From contig LCQW01000001.1 of the NCBI GenBank assembly GCA_001004345.1, positions 1-63,676 on the forward strand: 63,676 bases of DNA, in the 5' to 3' direction. The notes under the pieces are model-generated. The model was not told where the DNA came from. It searched no databases and saw only the letters and a program-made list of their open reading frames with translations. The position numbers were made by a program, and so were the translations under genes. This DNA is from Candidatus Kaiserbacteria bacterium GW2011_GWA2_52_12. Its GTDB lineage: Bacteria; Patescibacteriota; Minisyncoccia; Phycocordibacterales; UBA2100. This document shows, one piece after another, positions 1 through 9,631 of the stretch. Positions within the stretch are counted from its first letter, which is position 1, and each line of letters opens with the position of its first letter.

Positions 1-185
1 CATTGAATCATTCGAATTTCACGAAGAACGTCATTGTGAACATCATCCCCGTATTCTGCGAACCGGGCTCACCGGGGTGTTGAGAGGATGTTTGGAATAA
101 GAAAGCCGGAGGCAATTGCGCATTTTGTTGAGATAGTGCATACTCCATTCGTTCCCCGACGCACAAGCGGTTCGGGGCGAGAACT

Positions 186-650
186 ATGACAGCAGAGGAG
201 ACAGTTAAGAAGGCGCGCAAACCGCGCACCAAAGCTGCCAAGCCGGCAGACGGCTCTTCTGTTGCGCCAGGTTCGACCCCTTCGAAAAGTTCAGGGCAGG
301 CACACTCATCACAAGCCGCTCATCGTGCGAAAAAAAGCGACAGCATGCATCGTTTGCGTATTCGCGTGCGCGCGTATGAGCATGGCGTCTTGGACCTTTC
401 CGTAAAACAGATCATTGATACGGCAGCTCGGTACAATGCCGAAGTCATCGGCCCGGTGCCGCTCCCTATCGATATAAAAAAATACACGGTGAATCGCGCG
501 GCATTTATCGACAAAGATTCCCGCGAACAATTCGAAATGCGTATTCACAAGCGCATGATCGACATTTTAAACCCGGCTCCAAAAGTGATCGAGGCGCTCA
601 CCAACATTGACTTACCGTCGGGAGTCTCGATTGACGTAAAGATGATGTAG
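186..650 (+). CDS. rpsJ: 30S ribosomal protein S10 with ~53-aa Lys/Ala/Ser/Pro-rich N-terminal extension
   Basis: C-terminal ~100 aa (RLRIRVRAYEH...PLPIDIKKYTVNRAAFIDKDSREQFEMRIHKRMIDI...) is a typical S10 sequence. An alternative start at ATG 345 would remove the extension. Confidence 0.9.
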   Translation: MTAEETVKKARKPRTKAAKPADGSSVAPGSTPSKSSGQAHSSQAAHRAKKSDSMHRLRIRVRAYEHGVLDLSVKQIIDTAARYNAEVIGPVPLPIDIKKYTVNRAAFIDKDSREQFEMRIHKRMIDILNPAPKVIEALTNIDLPSGVSIDVKMM

Positions 651-680
651 CTTACCACGTGCGACATGTGGTTAAAAAAT

Positions 681-705
681 AAAGCCCGGCATGCAGCCGG
701 GCTTT
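681..705. terminator. Bidirectional hairpin terminator between rpsJ and the convergent small gene
   Basis: aaaGCCCGGCatgcaGCCGGGCttt: 7-bp GC stem with an A-run on one side and a T-run on the other. Confidence 0.6.
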
Positions 706-719
706 GCTTTATTGTCACG

Positions 720-914
720 CTACTTGTTCTTCGGCGGGCGCTTCACCGGTTTGGTAATCGGTGGTGGCTTGGGACATTCGCTTAAGCGAACGACCCTTGT
801 CCCATCGGCGCAGAAGTTTGCGCCTTGGGAAGTTCCGCGAGGGCCAGCCACGGACGCCGTTGCAAGGAGGCCGAACGCCACCGCGATGATCGCCAAAGTG
901 AACAACCTTTTCAT
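720..914 (-). CDS. Small secreted protein (signal peptide, Pro/Lys-rich tail), unknown function
   Basis: MKRLFTLAIIAVAFGLLATASVAG signal-like N-terminus from ATG 914. An AAGGAA SD-like motif lies upstream. The gene ends at the shared hairpin. Confidence 0.5.
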   Translation of the reverse strand: MKRLFTLAIIAVAFGLLATASVAGPRGTSQGANFCADGTRVVRLSECPKPPPITKPVKRPPKNK

Positions 915-1026
915 TTCACATTCCTTTCTTTCTTTGAACAACGATTCTTCCTGAATCGCAAGACCATTCTACGTTCATTTTATTATTTGTCAATGCGTGC
1001 GAGATTCAGACCCATACCGATGACCT

Positions 1027-1584
1027 ATGGGCTATCATGGTGGCATGTTGATCTGTATTGGCGGATTTCCCGGAAGCGGACGCAATCGCCTCTCTGAAGC
1101 GCTTGCGAATGCGCTCGATTTCCATTACTTCCGTTTGGCGCCATTTAAACAACACCCCTTGTTTATGCGCGAACACATCCTCCTACACAAGGGAGGGACT
1201 GCATATTCGGACGAATTATTACTGCGGATATACAAACACGTTGTTTCTCATTTCCGGCAACTGTCAAAAATGTATCCGGACATGATCATTAAAGATCATT
1301 TCACGCGCGAGGTTCCGCGCGAATTTCTATTTACGGAAGCAGAAAAATATTTCGGCCCGCCACTCATTATCTGGACGGAAAGTTCACAAGAAGAGTCAAC
1401 ATCGCGCCTGCACGAAGTCCTCGATACCAAGAAAAGGAAACTTGAAACGAGGCTCAAAATACAAGATGACATCCGTGCCCGCTTTGAGCCATTTACCCGG
1501 CCAGTGCATAGCGTGCAGTATATAAACAACTCTGCGGCGCTCGATCAGGCGCTCAATCTCGTTCGCGAGCACCGAGGTTTTTGA
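1027..1584 (+). CDS. P-loop NTPase / nucleotide-kinase-like protein
   Basis: Walker A-like GGFPGSGRN near the N-terminus. The start could instead be ATG 1045. No specific family recognised. Confidence 0.5.
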   Translation: MGYHGGMLICIGGFPGSGRNRLSEALANALDFHYFRLAPFKQHPLFMREHILLHKGGTAYSDELLLRIYKHVVSHFRQLSKMYPDMIIKDHFTREVPREFLFTEAEKYFGPPLIIWTESSQEESTSRLHEVLDTKKRKLETRLKIQDDIRARFEPFTRPVHSVQYINNSAALDQALNLVREHRGF

Positions 1585-1647
1585 TGTGGCAGCGTGGGCG
1601 GAAGATTTCACTCGGGCCGATTGCGGGCTAAAAAGTCCTAAAATGTG

Positions 1648-3450
1648 CTATCGACTCTTTCTGCGCAGCAAACTGGTGCGTAACGAATTCGTCGCGACGG
1701 TATCCACGATGAGGTCGTCTGTGTCGATTGACCCACTAAACGCGACCCCATAAACCTTTGACGCTTTTTTGACCGATTCAATTCCTTCGCGTACGTCATT
1801 GAGTACACGCTTCGGATCGCGGCGCAACGGATTACCGTACCCGCCGCCGCTCCCATCGCGCCCGCGGATGAACTCGCCTTTTTTTAGTATCACAGTTGTG
1901 ACATTTGGCAGTCGCTTTTCTTTCCCGAGGCGATTGTATTTGAATGTTGTGCCGGCGGCGCCGTTTTTGCCACCACGTACTCCGCGCGGCGGGGCGAATT
2001 GTCCGTCGCAGGGGATTACAACCGTCATTGGATTTTTCCGCGTTGCATACACGATCTCCTGCGCGGGCGCGCCGCGGAATTCTCCCGCGCCGGCACTGTC
2101 TCGTACAATACCGACTCGCTCGATGAGGAACGGGTGTTTCAGTTCGTCGATCTCAACGCTGTCGCGGTACATCAATCCGGAGATGATCGGCATGCCGTAA
2201 TTGATCCATCCATCCGAAGTGGGTGTTGCGGGACCGCCGTTGTTGGAGATCATAATGCGGTTTACGTAGCGTTTTTTGTAGCGATGATCGATACCGGAGA
2301 CGACCGCCTGTCCGGCGCCAAGGCCGGTACCGCCCTCGGCGAGTCCGAATCCGTCGCCAAGCTGCGCGAATGCAGACTGTGTAATATTCACGAGGCGCTC
2401 GGCCAGATTTGTCGTTGCCGTCGAACATGAATGCGGAAACAGTGGTGAACCGATTACGCAATTTTCGGCGAAGGAAAACACAAGACGCCTGAATGATCCG
2501 GCGTTGCGCGGCACGTTGTGCAGATTATTGAATATCCCCGCAGAGACGGAGCTCATAGCTGCGGCGCGAGATACATTGAGACCGCATTCCACCGATGGGG
2601 GGTTGTTCCGAAGGTCCGCTCTGATGATGCCCCGTTTCGGATCGATATCGAGGATCACTTTCAATGTAAGTCCCTTGGGGAGTATGTTTTCGAGTGGATC
2701 GGAAGCCCCGGTATTTACCACTCTCGCTTTCGGCAGTGCTCTGATCGCGTCAGCCATTCGACGCTCCGAATGGTCGAACCACTCTTTCAGGAATTGCTGC
2801 GTCTTCTTCCTGCCGTACTTCGCGCACAATTCAGTGAGGCGCTTTTCAGCGATGCGGGCCGCGCCGAGGGTCGCAAGGTAGTCGCCGTACCATTGCTCGG
2901 GTACGCGTATACGCGCGCGGCACATTCGAATAATGTCGTCTTCATTTTTGTATGCTCGTTGGATCCTCACGGCTGGAAACGTGAGAGAGCCCTCCTCGTA
3001 GACGTCGCGCGCGCGAGGGGAATAGCTAGACGGAATTGAATTGCCAATATCTGCCATGTGCGCTTTTACGACACCGTAAAAAAGTATTTCTCCGTTAATA
3101 AATACTGGCACGATAATAGCGTGATCCGCAGGGTGAGAGTTACCCCCGTATGGATCGTTATCCAGGTATGCATCTCCTGGCGCCGTGTCCTTCGCGTGTA
3201 TCTTTGCGAGATGCTTCGTCTGAAGATGTGCGCCGAAGATATGTACCGGAAGCCCTTCGCCTGAAGAGACAAGCTCGTGATCCGAGGTCACAATGCAGCA
3301 AGAGAAATCGCGGCAACTTGAAATAACGGTCGATCTAGCGGCGCGCAGAAGCGTATTCGACATTTCACGCACGATGCCATCGAAGCGGTTGGCAATGATC
3401 GCCATTTCAATGATGTCGATTTTTTTTTCTGGACGTTTCTTTTTTATCAT
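1648..3450 (-). CDS. hyuB: Hydantoinase B / oxoprolinase family protein (HyuB-like)
   Basis: IIEMAIIANRFDGIVREMSNTLLRAARS N-terminus and the DNDPYGGNSHPADHAIIVPVF motif are typical of HyuB. ATG 3450 is preferred because GAGG lies ~11 nt upstream; the ORF-track start 3525 would overlap hyuA. Confidence 0.85.
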   Translation of the reverse strand: MIKKKRPEKKIDIIEMAIIANRFDGIVREMSNTLLRAARSTVISSCRDFSCCIVTSDHELVSSGEGLPVHIFGAHLQTKHLAKIHAKDTAPGDAYLDNDPYGGNSHPADHAIIVPVFINGEILFYGVVKAHMADIGNSIPSSYSPRARDVYEEGSLTFPAVRIQRAYKNEDDIIRMCRARIRVPEQWYGDYLATLGAARIAEKRLTELCAKYGRKKTQQFLKEWFDHSERRMADAIRALPKARVVNTGASDPLENILPKGLTLKVILDIDPKRGIIRADLRNNPPSVECGLNVSRAAAMSSVSAGIFNNLHNVPRNAGSFRRLVFSFAENCVIGSPLFPHSCSTATTNLAERLVNITQSAFAQLGDGFGLAEGGTGLGAGQAVVSGIDHRYKKRYVNRIMISNNGGPATPTSDGWINYGMPIISGLMYRDSVEIDELKHPFLIERVGIVRDSAGAGEFRGAPAQEIVYATRKNPMTVVIPCDGQFAPPRGVRGGKNGAAGTTFKYNRLGKEKRLPNVTTVILKKGEFIRGRDGSGGGYGNPLRRDPKRVLNDVREGIESVKKASKVYGVAFSGSIDTDDLIVDTVATNSLRTSLLRRKSR

Positions 3451-3481
3451 GAGCGATTTAACCTCTGCCTTGTCAAATGGT

Positions 3482-5572
3482 TCATAGGAACAAAATGTAA
3501 TTTCCTGACGCGGACGTTTTGACACTGGCCCCTCGCGGTATCACGATCGTGGTCGTGATCTCCTCGATGATTGCCGGTCCGGTAATGTGCGCCCCAGCTT
3601 CCAGCGTGTGGCCGCGATATATTGGTATAAGGTGTTTTTTTGCCGAAAAAACGGCTTTACGCCGATTTTCGGGCAAAGCGCGAACATTAGTGGCGCGTTT
3701 TGACCGTGGAACTGCACTATTCGCGAGGCGAATGGAAATACGACCGCGCCAATTAATGCACTCGACATCGCTTTCAGTATCGCGTACCGCATACACGCGC
3801 TCGTGCACGTTGTGAAAATCTTCGACCAGATCGCGCACATCGTTTTCGTTCTTGAAGAAGATCGACCGAAGTGGCGTATCGAGTTCCCAAACCTGACCTC
3901 GATAACGCGCTTCGACAAAAAATTCTTTTTTATAAGGAGCATCCGCGGCGCCTTTCAGTCCTTTGCGAAAAATTTCAAGCGTACCATTGATCGTGCGAAG
4001 CTGTGCGTTAACCGCTTTTTTGTTGAACGCATTAGACGCAGTAACCATACTGTGCGTCTCCTCAAAAACGATGTCCGAAAAATGCATGCCGCACGCTGAC
4101 ATCGTGCTCGCGGTTTTCGGTATGAGTACTCGTGAACAGCCGAGCTCTCTCGCGATCTCCGCAATATTGATTCCTGCCGCGCCGCCACCCGCGACGATCA
4201 CACTCTCTTTAGGATCGATACCCTCGTTGATCGTTATCTCTCGGATTGCCTTTACCATATGATCGCTCCAAAGGGCGATGATCGCTTCCGCCGTTTCGTC
4301 CGTCGATTTTTTAATTTTTTTCGCGAGATGCGCAATAGCGGCATGTGCCGCCTTGGAATCCAGTGCTATCCGCCCGCCGTTGAAGTATGCAGGATTAATG
4401 TAGCCGAGCACCACAGATGCATCGGTGACGGTCGCTTCAGTGCCGCCGCGCCCGTAGCAGGCGGGCCCCGGATTGACGCCCGCGCTCTGCGGTCCCACGC
4501 GGAGCATTCCACCATCGTCGACTTGTGCAATCGATCCGCCCCCCGCACCGATTGATCGGACATCGACGGAGGAAAGCGCAATGACGTGTCCGGTCTTGGG
4601 CCGGCCGAGCCAGCTATCGCGAGTATAGGTGAGTGTGCCATCGCGCACGAGCGCCACATCGAAGGTGGTGCCTCCGGTATCGCAGACGATGGCATTTTTA
4701 CCGAGACCCTCGATCTTTGTATATGCCTTGCCTGCAATGGGCGCCATCGCGGGCCCTGACCGAAACATGCGCACGGGCTCGGTTGCCATTTCATTTCCGT
4801 ACCGCACGCCGCCGTTGGACGTGCCGATAAGAAGTTCTCCCGAAAAGCCCGCATCGTGCAGATCACACCCCATTGATCTCAAGTGTTCCTGCATGAGAGG
4901 TTTCAACGATGCATCAATCGCCGTTGTCGAGGCCCTTCGATATTCGCGTACGATCGGGATGAGCTCATGCGACAGCGTGTAGGGGACATCCGGCATTTCT
5001 TCCTGAAGAAGTTTCGCGATCTTTTTCTCATGCTCGCCGTTTGTGATTGACCATAGGAGGCAGACCGCCACAGCTTCGAATTTATTTTCGCGTAATGTGC
5101 GTATGCAGGCGCGTGTTTTTTGCATGTTGAGTGCCCTCACGATCCCGCCTTCCGAATCTATTCGCTCGTCGATCTCGAATGTGTGACGGCGGGGAATATA
5201 GGGAGGAGGATAATCGTATGAAAAATCATGCGGATCGTATTTACCGCCCTCCTTGAAAAGAAGAATATCTTTAAAACCTTTTGTTGTAAGGAATGCGGTC
5301 TTTGCGGTCTTACCGGTTACGATAGCGTTGGTTGCATGCGTTGTGCAGTACATGAGGAGCGACGAGTGTTGCAGCACTTCAGGGGCGGAGAGGCCAATGT
5401 CGCTTGCGGCTACTTCAAGTGCCGCCCAGAATCCCAGAAATATCCGATTGGGTGTCGTGAGTGCTTTTCCAATCGCCACAATGCCGCTCTTGTTGGCGAT
5501 GACAACATCGGTAAACGTGCCTCCGGTATCAACCGAAATACGGTAGCCACCCGCTTTTGTGCGCACACTCAT
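3482..5572 (-). CDS. hyuA: Hydantoinase/oxoprolinase A family protein (HyuA-like)
   Basis: YRISVDTGGTFTDVV N-terminal actin-like ATPase motif and CDTGGTTFDV second motif. The start is set at ATG 5572; the longer ORF overlaps the upstream SBP gene. Confidence 0.85.
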   Translation of the reverse strand: MSVRTKAGGYRISVDTGGTFTDVVIANKSGIVAIGKALTTPNRIFLGFWAALEVAASDIGLSAPEVLQHSSLLMYCTTHATNAIVTGKTAKTAFLTTKGFKDILLFKEGGKYDPHDFSYDYPPPYIPRRHTFEIDERIDSEGGIVRALNMQKTRACIRTLRENKFEAVAVCLLWSITNGEHEKKIAKLLQEEMPDVPYTLSHELIPIVREYRRASTTAIDASLKPLMQEHLRSMGCDLHDAGFSGELLIGTSNGGVRYGNEMATEPVRMFRSGPAMAPIAGKAYTKIEGLGKNAIVCDTGGTTFDVALVRDGTLTYTRDSWLGRPKTGHVIALSSVDVRSIGAGGGSIAQVDDGGMLRVGPQSAGVNPGPACYGRGGTEATVTDASVVLGYINPAYFNGGRIALDSKAAHAAIAHLAKKIKKSTDETAEAIIALWSDHMVKAIREITINEGIDPKESVIVAGGGAAGINIAEIARELGCSRVLIPKTASTMSACGMHFSDIVFEETHSMVTASNAFNKKAVNAQLRTINGTLEIFRKGLKGAADAPYKKEFFVEARYRGQVWELDTPLRSIFFKNENDVRDLVEDFHNVHERVYAVRDTESDVECINWRGRISIRLANSAVPRSKRATNVRALPENRRKAVFSAKKHLIPIYRGHTLEAGAHITGPAIIEEITTTIVIPRGASVKTSASGNYILFL

Positions 5573-5679
5573 GGGTCGATTGTATCGGAGGCGCGGCACT
5601 TGCACCAAATACAAAGATGTTCCAAAAAAGAATTCCACCCATTCCGAAGAATGGGTGGGAGGAATCAAAAGGACAGGTG

Positions 5680-6711
5680 TTAGCGTTCCGTCACCCGCGA
5701 TGGGTCGACGGCGAAGAGGGGCGAAGGATCGACGAACGGACTCATGTCGGTCGGCGGATCCCGTACATCCTGCACGGTGCCAAGCCATGCGAGTTCCTCG
5801 GAGAGCCACTTTTTCATCTGTGGAACGTTGAGCCCCACCTTAAAGCTCGTAGTATGCATGAAGTGGTCGAGGTCGCCAGGCTGCAGATTGAGCCACGCTT
5901 CGAGCCTTTGCTGCGCATCGGAGGGATTCCGTCTCATATATTCCTCGGTCCGAATGAGTGCGCGCAGCAGATTTTCCACGGCCGCCTCATTGCCTGCGAG
6001 CTTTTGCTTTGTTGAGACCACATTGAACGCGAGCGTATAGAGTTTTGGGTCAACGAAGACCTTTATTGCCCCGCGATCTCGCACGACTCGTCGTTCAACT
6101 TGATTTCTATACGCTCGTTTGGCTGTCGCTACGAAGGGATCCCAGAGTACTGCTGCGTCAATGTCGCCCCTAATGAGCAGATTGACGAGATCGGCCGGTT
6201 TCCCGTCGATGAGCGTCACGTCCTTTGGAGCGAGATTCGCTTTAGCGAGTAGTCGCGAGAGATAAATCTCACCGACCGTGTTGCGTACGCGACCGATCCG
6301 CCTAGCTCGAAGTGTCGAGGGCTCGGCGGTAATGCCGGTTTCGCTGAATGTCACCAGCTGGACTTGCTGATCGGAGAGTATCGTAGTCGCAAGGACTACG
6401 GGCTGCTGTCCCGATGCAATAAGTGTGACGACGGGCGTTACGGCGATCGTCGCTAGCTCGGTTCCCGCACGAGAGCGGAGTGCGGAGACTGCGTCGGGTC
6501 CTGCCGCCACCGGCATGATCGTGACCAGCGCATTTTCGCTTCTAATGTAGCCGAGCATTTCGGCCAGATGCGTCACGGCGCTGTACGAGATCGAGAGCTC
6601 CGCCATTTGTAGCGCCTTTTGCGCTGCCGCTTCGCGTGCGGATATACCCGTGAGCGCGAGCGACGCGGAAATTGCGATTGTTATCGCGACCAGTCGAATC
6701 GGTATTTTCAT
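5680..6711 (-). CDS. ABC transporter substrate-binding protein, NMT1/SsuA/TauA-like
   Basis: Signal peptide MKIPIRLVAITIAISASLALTG from ATG 6711. The periplasmic-binding-protein-like sequence sits directly downstream of a NitT/TauT-type permease-ATPase. Confidence 0.65.
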   Translation of the reverse strand: MKIPIRLVAITIAISASLALTGISAREAAAQKALQMAELSISYSAVTHLAEMLGYIRSENALVTIMPVAAGPDAVSALRSRAGTELATIAVTPVVTLIASGQQPVVLATTILSDQQVQLVTFSETGITAEPSTLRARRIGRVRNTVGEIYLSRLLAKANLAPKDVTLIDGKPADLVNLLIRGDIDAAVLWDPFVATAKRAYRNQVERRVVRDRGAIKVFVDPKLYTLAFNVVSTKQKLAGNEAAVENLLRALIRTEEYMRRNPSDAQQRLEAWLNLQPGDLDHFMHTTSFKVGLNVPQMKKWLSEELAWLGTVQDVRDPPTDMSPFVDPSPLFAVDPSRVTER

Positions 6712-6832
6712 TTCAATATTCCTTTCATTTGCATCTGTCCGGTAGTATAGGAAATTTTCTCGGCCTGTGCAACACATAGAGTCCTTAATGAAAAATCCCG
6801 CCCGTTGAAATGGGCGGGATATATAGTGGCAA

Positions 6833-8443
6833 TCACTTGGAACGGTTGTACTCCGCACGAAGCGCATCTGCAACCAGTTTTTTTTGCGCGGTGAATTCAC
6901 TCGTAAATTCACGGTTCCCCGGCTTCATATTCGTTCCGGAGAGAAATACCCGCGCATCGGCGCGTGTGCCGATGCGCACCAGATCGCCGATCAGGAGGGC
7001 TTCGTCGATATCATGCGTGATGAAGAGTGCGGTGATGCCGCCCCTCACATTTTCGGAGTAGAACTCTTGCATGGACCTTCTTGTGATCGCATCAAGTGCC
7101 CCGAATGGTTCGTCTAAGAGAAGAATTGTCGGCCGATAAGCGAGCGCCGAGGCTATGGCCAAACGTTGTTTTTGGCCACCGGAGAGATCGGCCGCGAGTG
7201 TGTGTGCCATGTTCAGAAGATCAAAGCGGTGCAGCATATCGCACACGCGCTCTTTGTCGCTCATGCTCGGGTGCGGTACTCCAAGCATGGCGTTGTCCCA
7301 TACCGTCATATGCTCGAACACCAACACTCCTTGAAAGACGACGCCTATTTTTGCGCATGGCCTTGTGAGGATCTCATGACCGATCTTCACTTCACCTTGG
7401 ATGGTGAAATTGGCGGACATGAAGTGGCCAATGGAGCGCATGAGCGTCGTTTTGCCGCATCCACTTTGACCGACTATGGAAAGCGTAGTGCCAGCGGGTA
7501 TGGTAAACGTTACGTTCTCGATGACCGGCACATTGCAATAACTCGCAAAGAGCCGACATATCGAGAGCGTCTCCGTCGAGTCCGCGTACACATGTGCGTT
7601 TCCGGAATCGAGTAACCCGACGAGGCGCCGCACTTTTTTCTCAAGCAAGTTCTCGCGGAGCCGTGCGATCTCGTTCCACAGGACCCTGAAGAATTGATCG
7701 AGCAGCAGTCCGATGAGCGCCATGATAACGACCGATGCCATCATGGTCGCGAGATCACCGACGTCGTACGAGCGGAAGATACGATTGCCTATGCCTTCGC
7801 TCCACCACCGGCCTGTCGAGCGCTCGTATACGCCGCTCATTTCTACGACCGCGACAGCTATGAGCGCGAGCGAGAGTGATGCACGGATAGCCGTCATGAT
7901 CTCCTTATGGATCGTAGGGATAATGACGCTGAATAGTTTCTTAAACCGGGAAATATTCAGCACCTGCAATCGCCAATCAATACGGTCAGAGATATTTTTT
8001 GCCGCATCATGCACGATGATCCACGATACAGTGCATGCGACCCAGCCGATGAGAAAAAATTTTCCCGACTCTTCGATGCCGAACACGAAGAGTGTGAGCG
8101 GCAAGAGAGCAATGAATGGAATGCCGCGGCAAAAGACGAAGAGACCCTCGAAGGTAAAACGAGCGAAATGCACGCGGCCCGTGAAGAGCCCACATGCGAT
8201 ACCGGCCGTCGTGCCGAGCGAGAATCCGATCGCCCAGCGTGAGAGTGAGACGAATATATCTTGGCCGAGCGTTCCGCTTTTCGCTTGGCGGACTACCGCC
8301 GAGCAGATCTCGGCAACGGTAGGGAAGCCGAGCGTAAGCGCGAGTGTTTGAAGCGCGACCCCCAAGAGAATGATGGTGAGCGCAGCCTTCACTGCGCTCA
8401 CCAGGAAACGTCTGCCGAGCGGCAGAAGTGTGGCTGTGCGCAT
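6833..8443 (-). CDS. Fused ABC importer permease (N-terminal) and ATP-binding domain (C-terminal), NitT/TauT-like
   Basis: About 270 aa of multi-TM permease are followed by Walker A GQSGCGKTT, signature LSGGQKQRLAIA and Walker B ILLLDEPFGALD in one ORF. Confidence 0.8.
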   Translation of the reverse strand: MRTATLLPLGRRFLVSAVKAALTIILLGVALQTLALTLGFPTVAEICSAVVRQAKSGTLGQDIFVSLSRWAIGFSLGTTAGIACGLFTGRVHFARFTFEGLFVFCRGIPFIALLPLTLFVFGIEESGKFFLIGWVACTVSWIIVHDAAKNISDRIDWRLQVLNISRFKKLFSVIIPTIHKEIMTAIRASLSLALIAVAVVEMSGVYERSTGRWWSEGIGNRIFRSYDVGDLATMMASVVIMALIGLLLDQFFRVLWNEIARLRENLLEKKVRRLVGLLDSGNAHVYADSTETLSICRLFASYCNVPVIENVTFTIPAGTTLSIVGQSGCGKTTLMRSIGHFMSANFTIQGEVKIGHEILTRPCAKIGVVFQGVLVFEHMTVWDNAMLGVPHPSMSDKERVCDMLHRFDLLNMAHTLAADLSGGQKQRLAIASALAYRPTILLLDEPFGALDAITRRSMQEFYSENVRGGITALFITHDIDEALLIGDLVRIGTRADARVFLSGTNMKPGNREFTSEFTAQKKLVADALRAEYNRSK

Positions 8444-8521
8444 TATATTGTTCCCTTTTGTGTCTCATTGAGACCTAGTGCAACACTATCAGAATGAGAA
8501 GCATGTCTCAATCGTCAGTGG

Positions 8522-9631
8522 TCAAATAAAATCGTTGACGGGATCGTGGTATGCCGCCAAACTGTGGTCGCGCTTAAAGCCCTCGGCACCCATGTCTTCT
8601 GTGATCTGTGTATAGGGGCGCTGATACAAAAGCAAAAAATAACGAGAAGCGTGTTTGATTTTATTGTCACGATACTCGGCATCTTTTGTGTATTCATAGA
8701 TGAAATCTTTGACGATCCATTTGTAACTCTTCCAGGTACCTTTGATACGTTTGTCGAGATTGTTCATGCTCCAGAGCTGGAATTCCTCGGTTGCGAAGAA
8801 CGGTGCGTAATGTGTTCCAAAGTATTCGGGAGTGATCTTTTTGATATTTCGCGGACCGGCGTAGGAGAGAATGAACATATGGACGAGCTGCCATTTGAGA
8901 CAGAAATTGATCCACCACAGACGGTCGTGGTTCGTGATGAGCGGTATCGGCGCAACGGCGGCCAGCTTTTCAAACATGTCGATATAAAAGTTGGTTATAG
9001 CGCCATCTCCGGTGAGCGCATTCCATGTCGAGAAAAATGTGTCGCGGTTGTATGTTGCCTGAATGACCGATTCTCCATACATGTTGATAAATTTACCGCA
9101 CATATCGGATCCAAAGAGCTGATCATTGGATTCGCCATTCACGATGAGATGGTTTCCGCCAAAAAGGAAATACGGTGCCATGATGCCGGGTTCGACTCGA
9201 ATCTTGCCGTGGATATGATCGCGGTAAAAATCGGGATATTCCGTTATCGATTCTTCCGACAGTATGACGACGATATTTTTCTTTTGCTCCGGCGTGGCGT
9301 TTTTGAAAAGAGATACCAGCACACAGGTTGAATCGATGCCGCCGGACCAAAAGACGTATATCGTAACCCCCATTTTTTCTGCGCGTGTGAGGAGCTCTTT
9401 AGCGCGCTCATCGCAGATCTCCCCATAGGTTTTTTTTATCGGACGGAACGCAGGCATGGGGAACAGTGATTTCACTCGGACGGGCGTCCGTATCGTTTCT
9501 GTACGGTCGACGAACAGTACACCAGTGCCGTACATCTTAAAAAAATACGAAAATGTACGTATGCCGGCTAGTGCGGCGTTTATTTTATGCGGAACGATAT
9601 TGCAATCATAATAAACAAGATGATCGCTCAT
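8522..9631 (-). CDS. PP-loop (adenine nucleotide alpha-hydrolase superfamily) ATPase, AsnB/QueC-like fold, specific function unknown
   Basis: SGGIDST PP-loop motif in the context VFWSGGIDSTCVLVSL. There is a 4-nt start/stop overlap with the upstream ORF. Confidence 0.6.
   Translation of the reverse strand: MSDHLVYYDCNIVPHKINAALAGIRTFSYFFKMYGTGVLFVDRTETIRTPVRVKSLFPMPAFRPIKKTYGEICDERAKELLTRAEKMGVTIYVFWSGGIDSTCVLVSLFKNATPEQKKNIVVILSEESITEYPDFYRDHIHGKIRVEPGIMAPYFLFGGNHLIVNGESNDQLFGSDMCGKFINMYGESVIQATYNRDTFFSTWNALTGDGAITNFYIDMFEKLAAVAPIPLITNHDRLWWINFCLKWQLVHMFILSYAGPRNIKKITPEYFGTHYAPFFATEEFQLWSMNNLDKRIKGTWKSYKWIVKDFIYEYTKDAEYRDNKIKHASRYFLLLYQRPYTQITEDMGAEGFKRDHSLAAYHDPVNDFI

Noticed and set aside
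8-241. 77-aa minus-strand ORF at the window edge
   Set aside because: It overlaps the rpsJ start and upstream region, and has no motifs or signals. The region is more likely the rpsJ promoter and leader. No claim is made about the first 185 nt.
5573-5809. 79-codon N-terminal extension of the hyuA ORF
   Set aside because: It overlaps the 3' end of the binding-protein gene and precedes the conserved YRISVDTGGTFTD N-terminus. The start was moved to ATG 5572.
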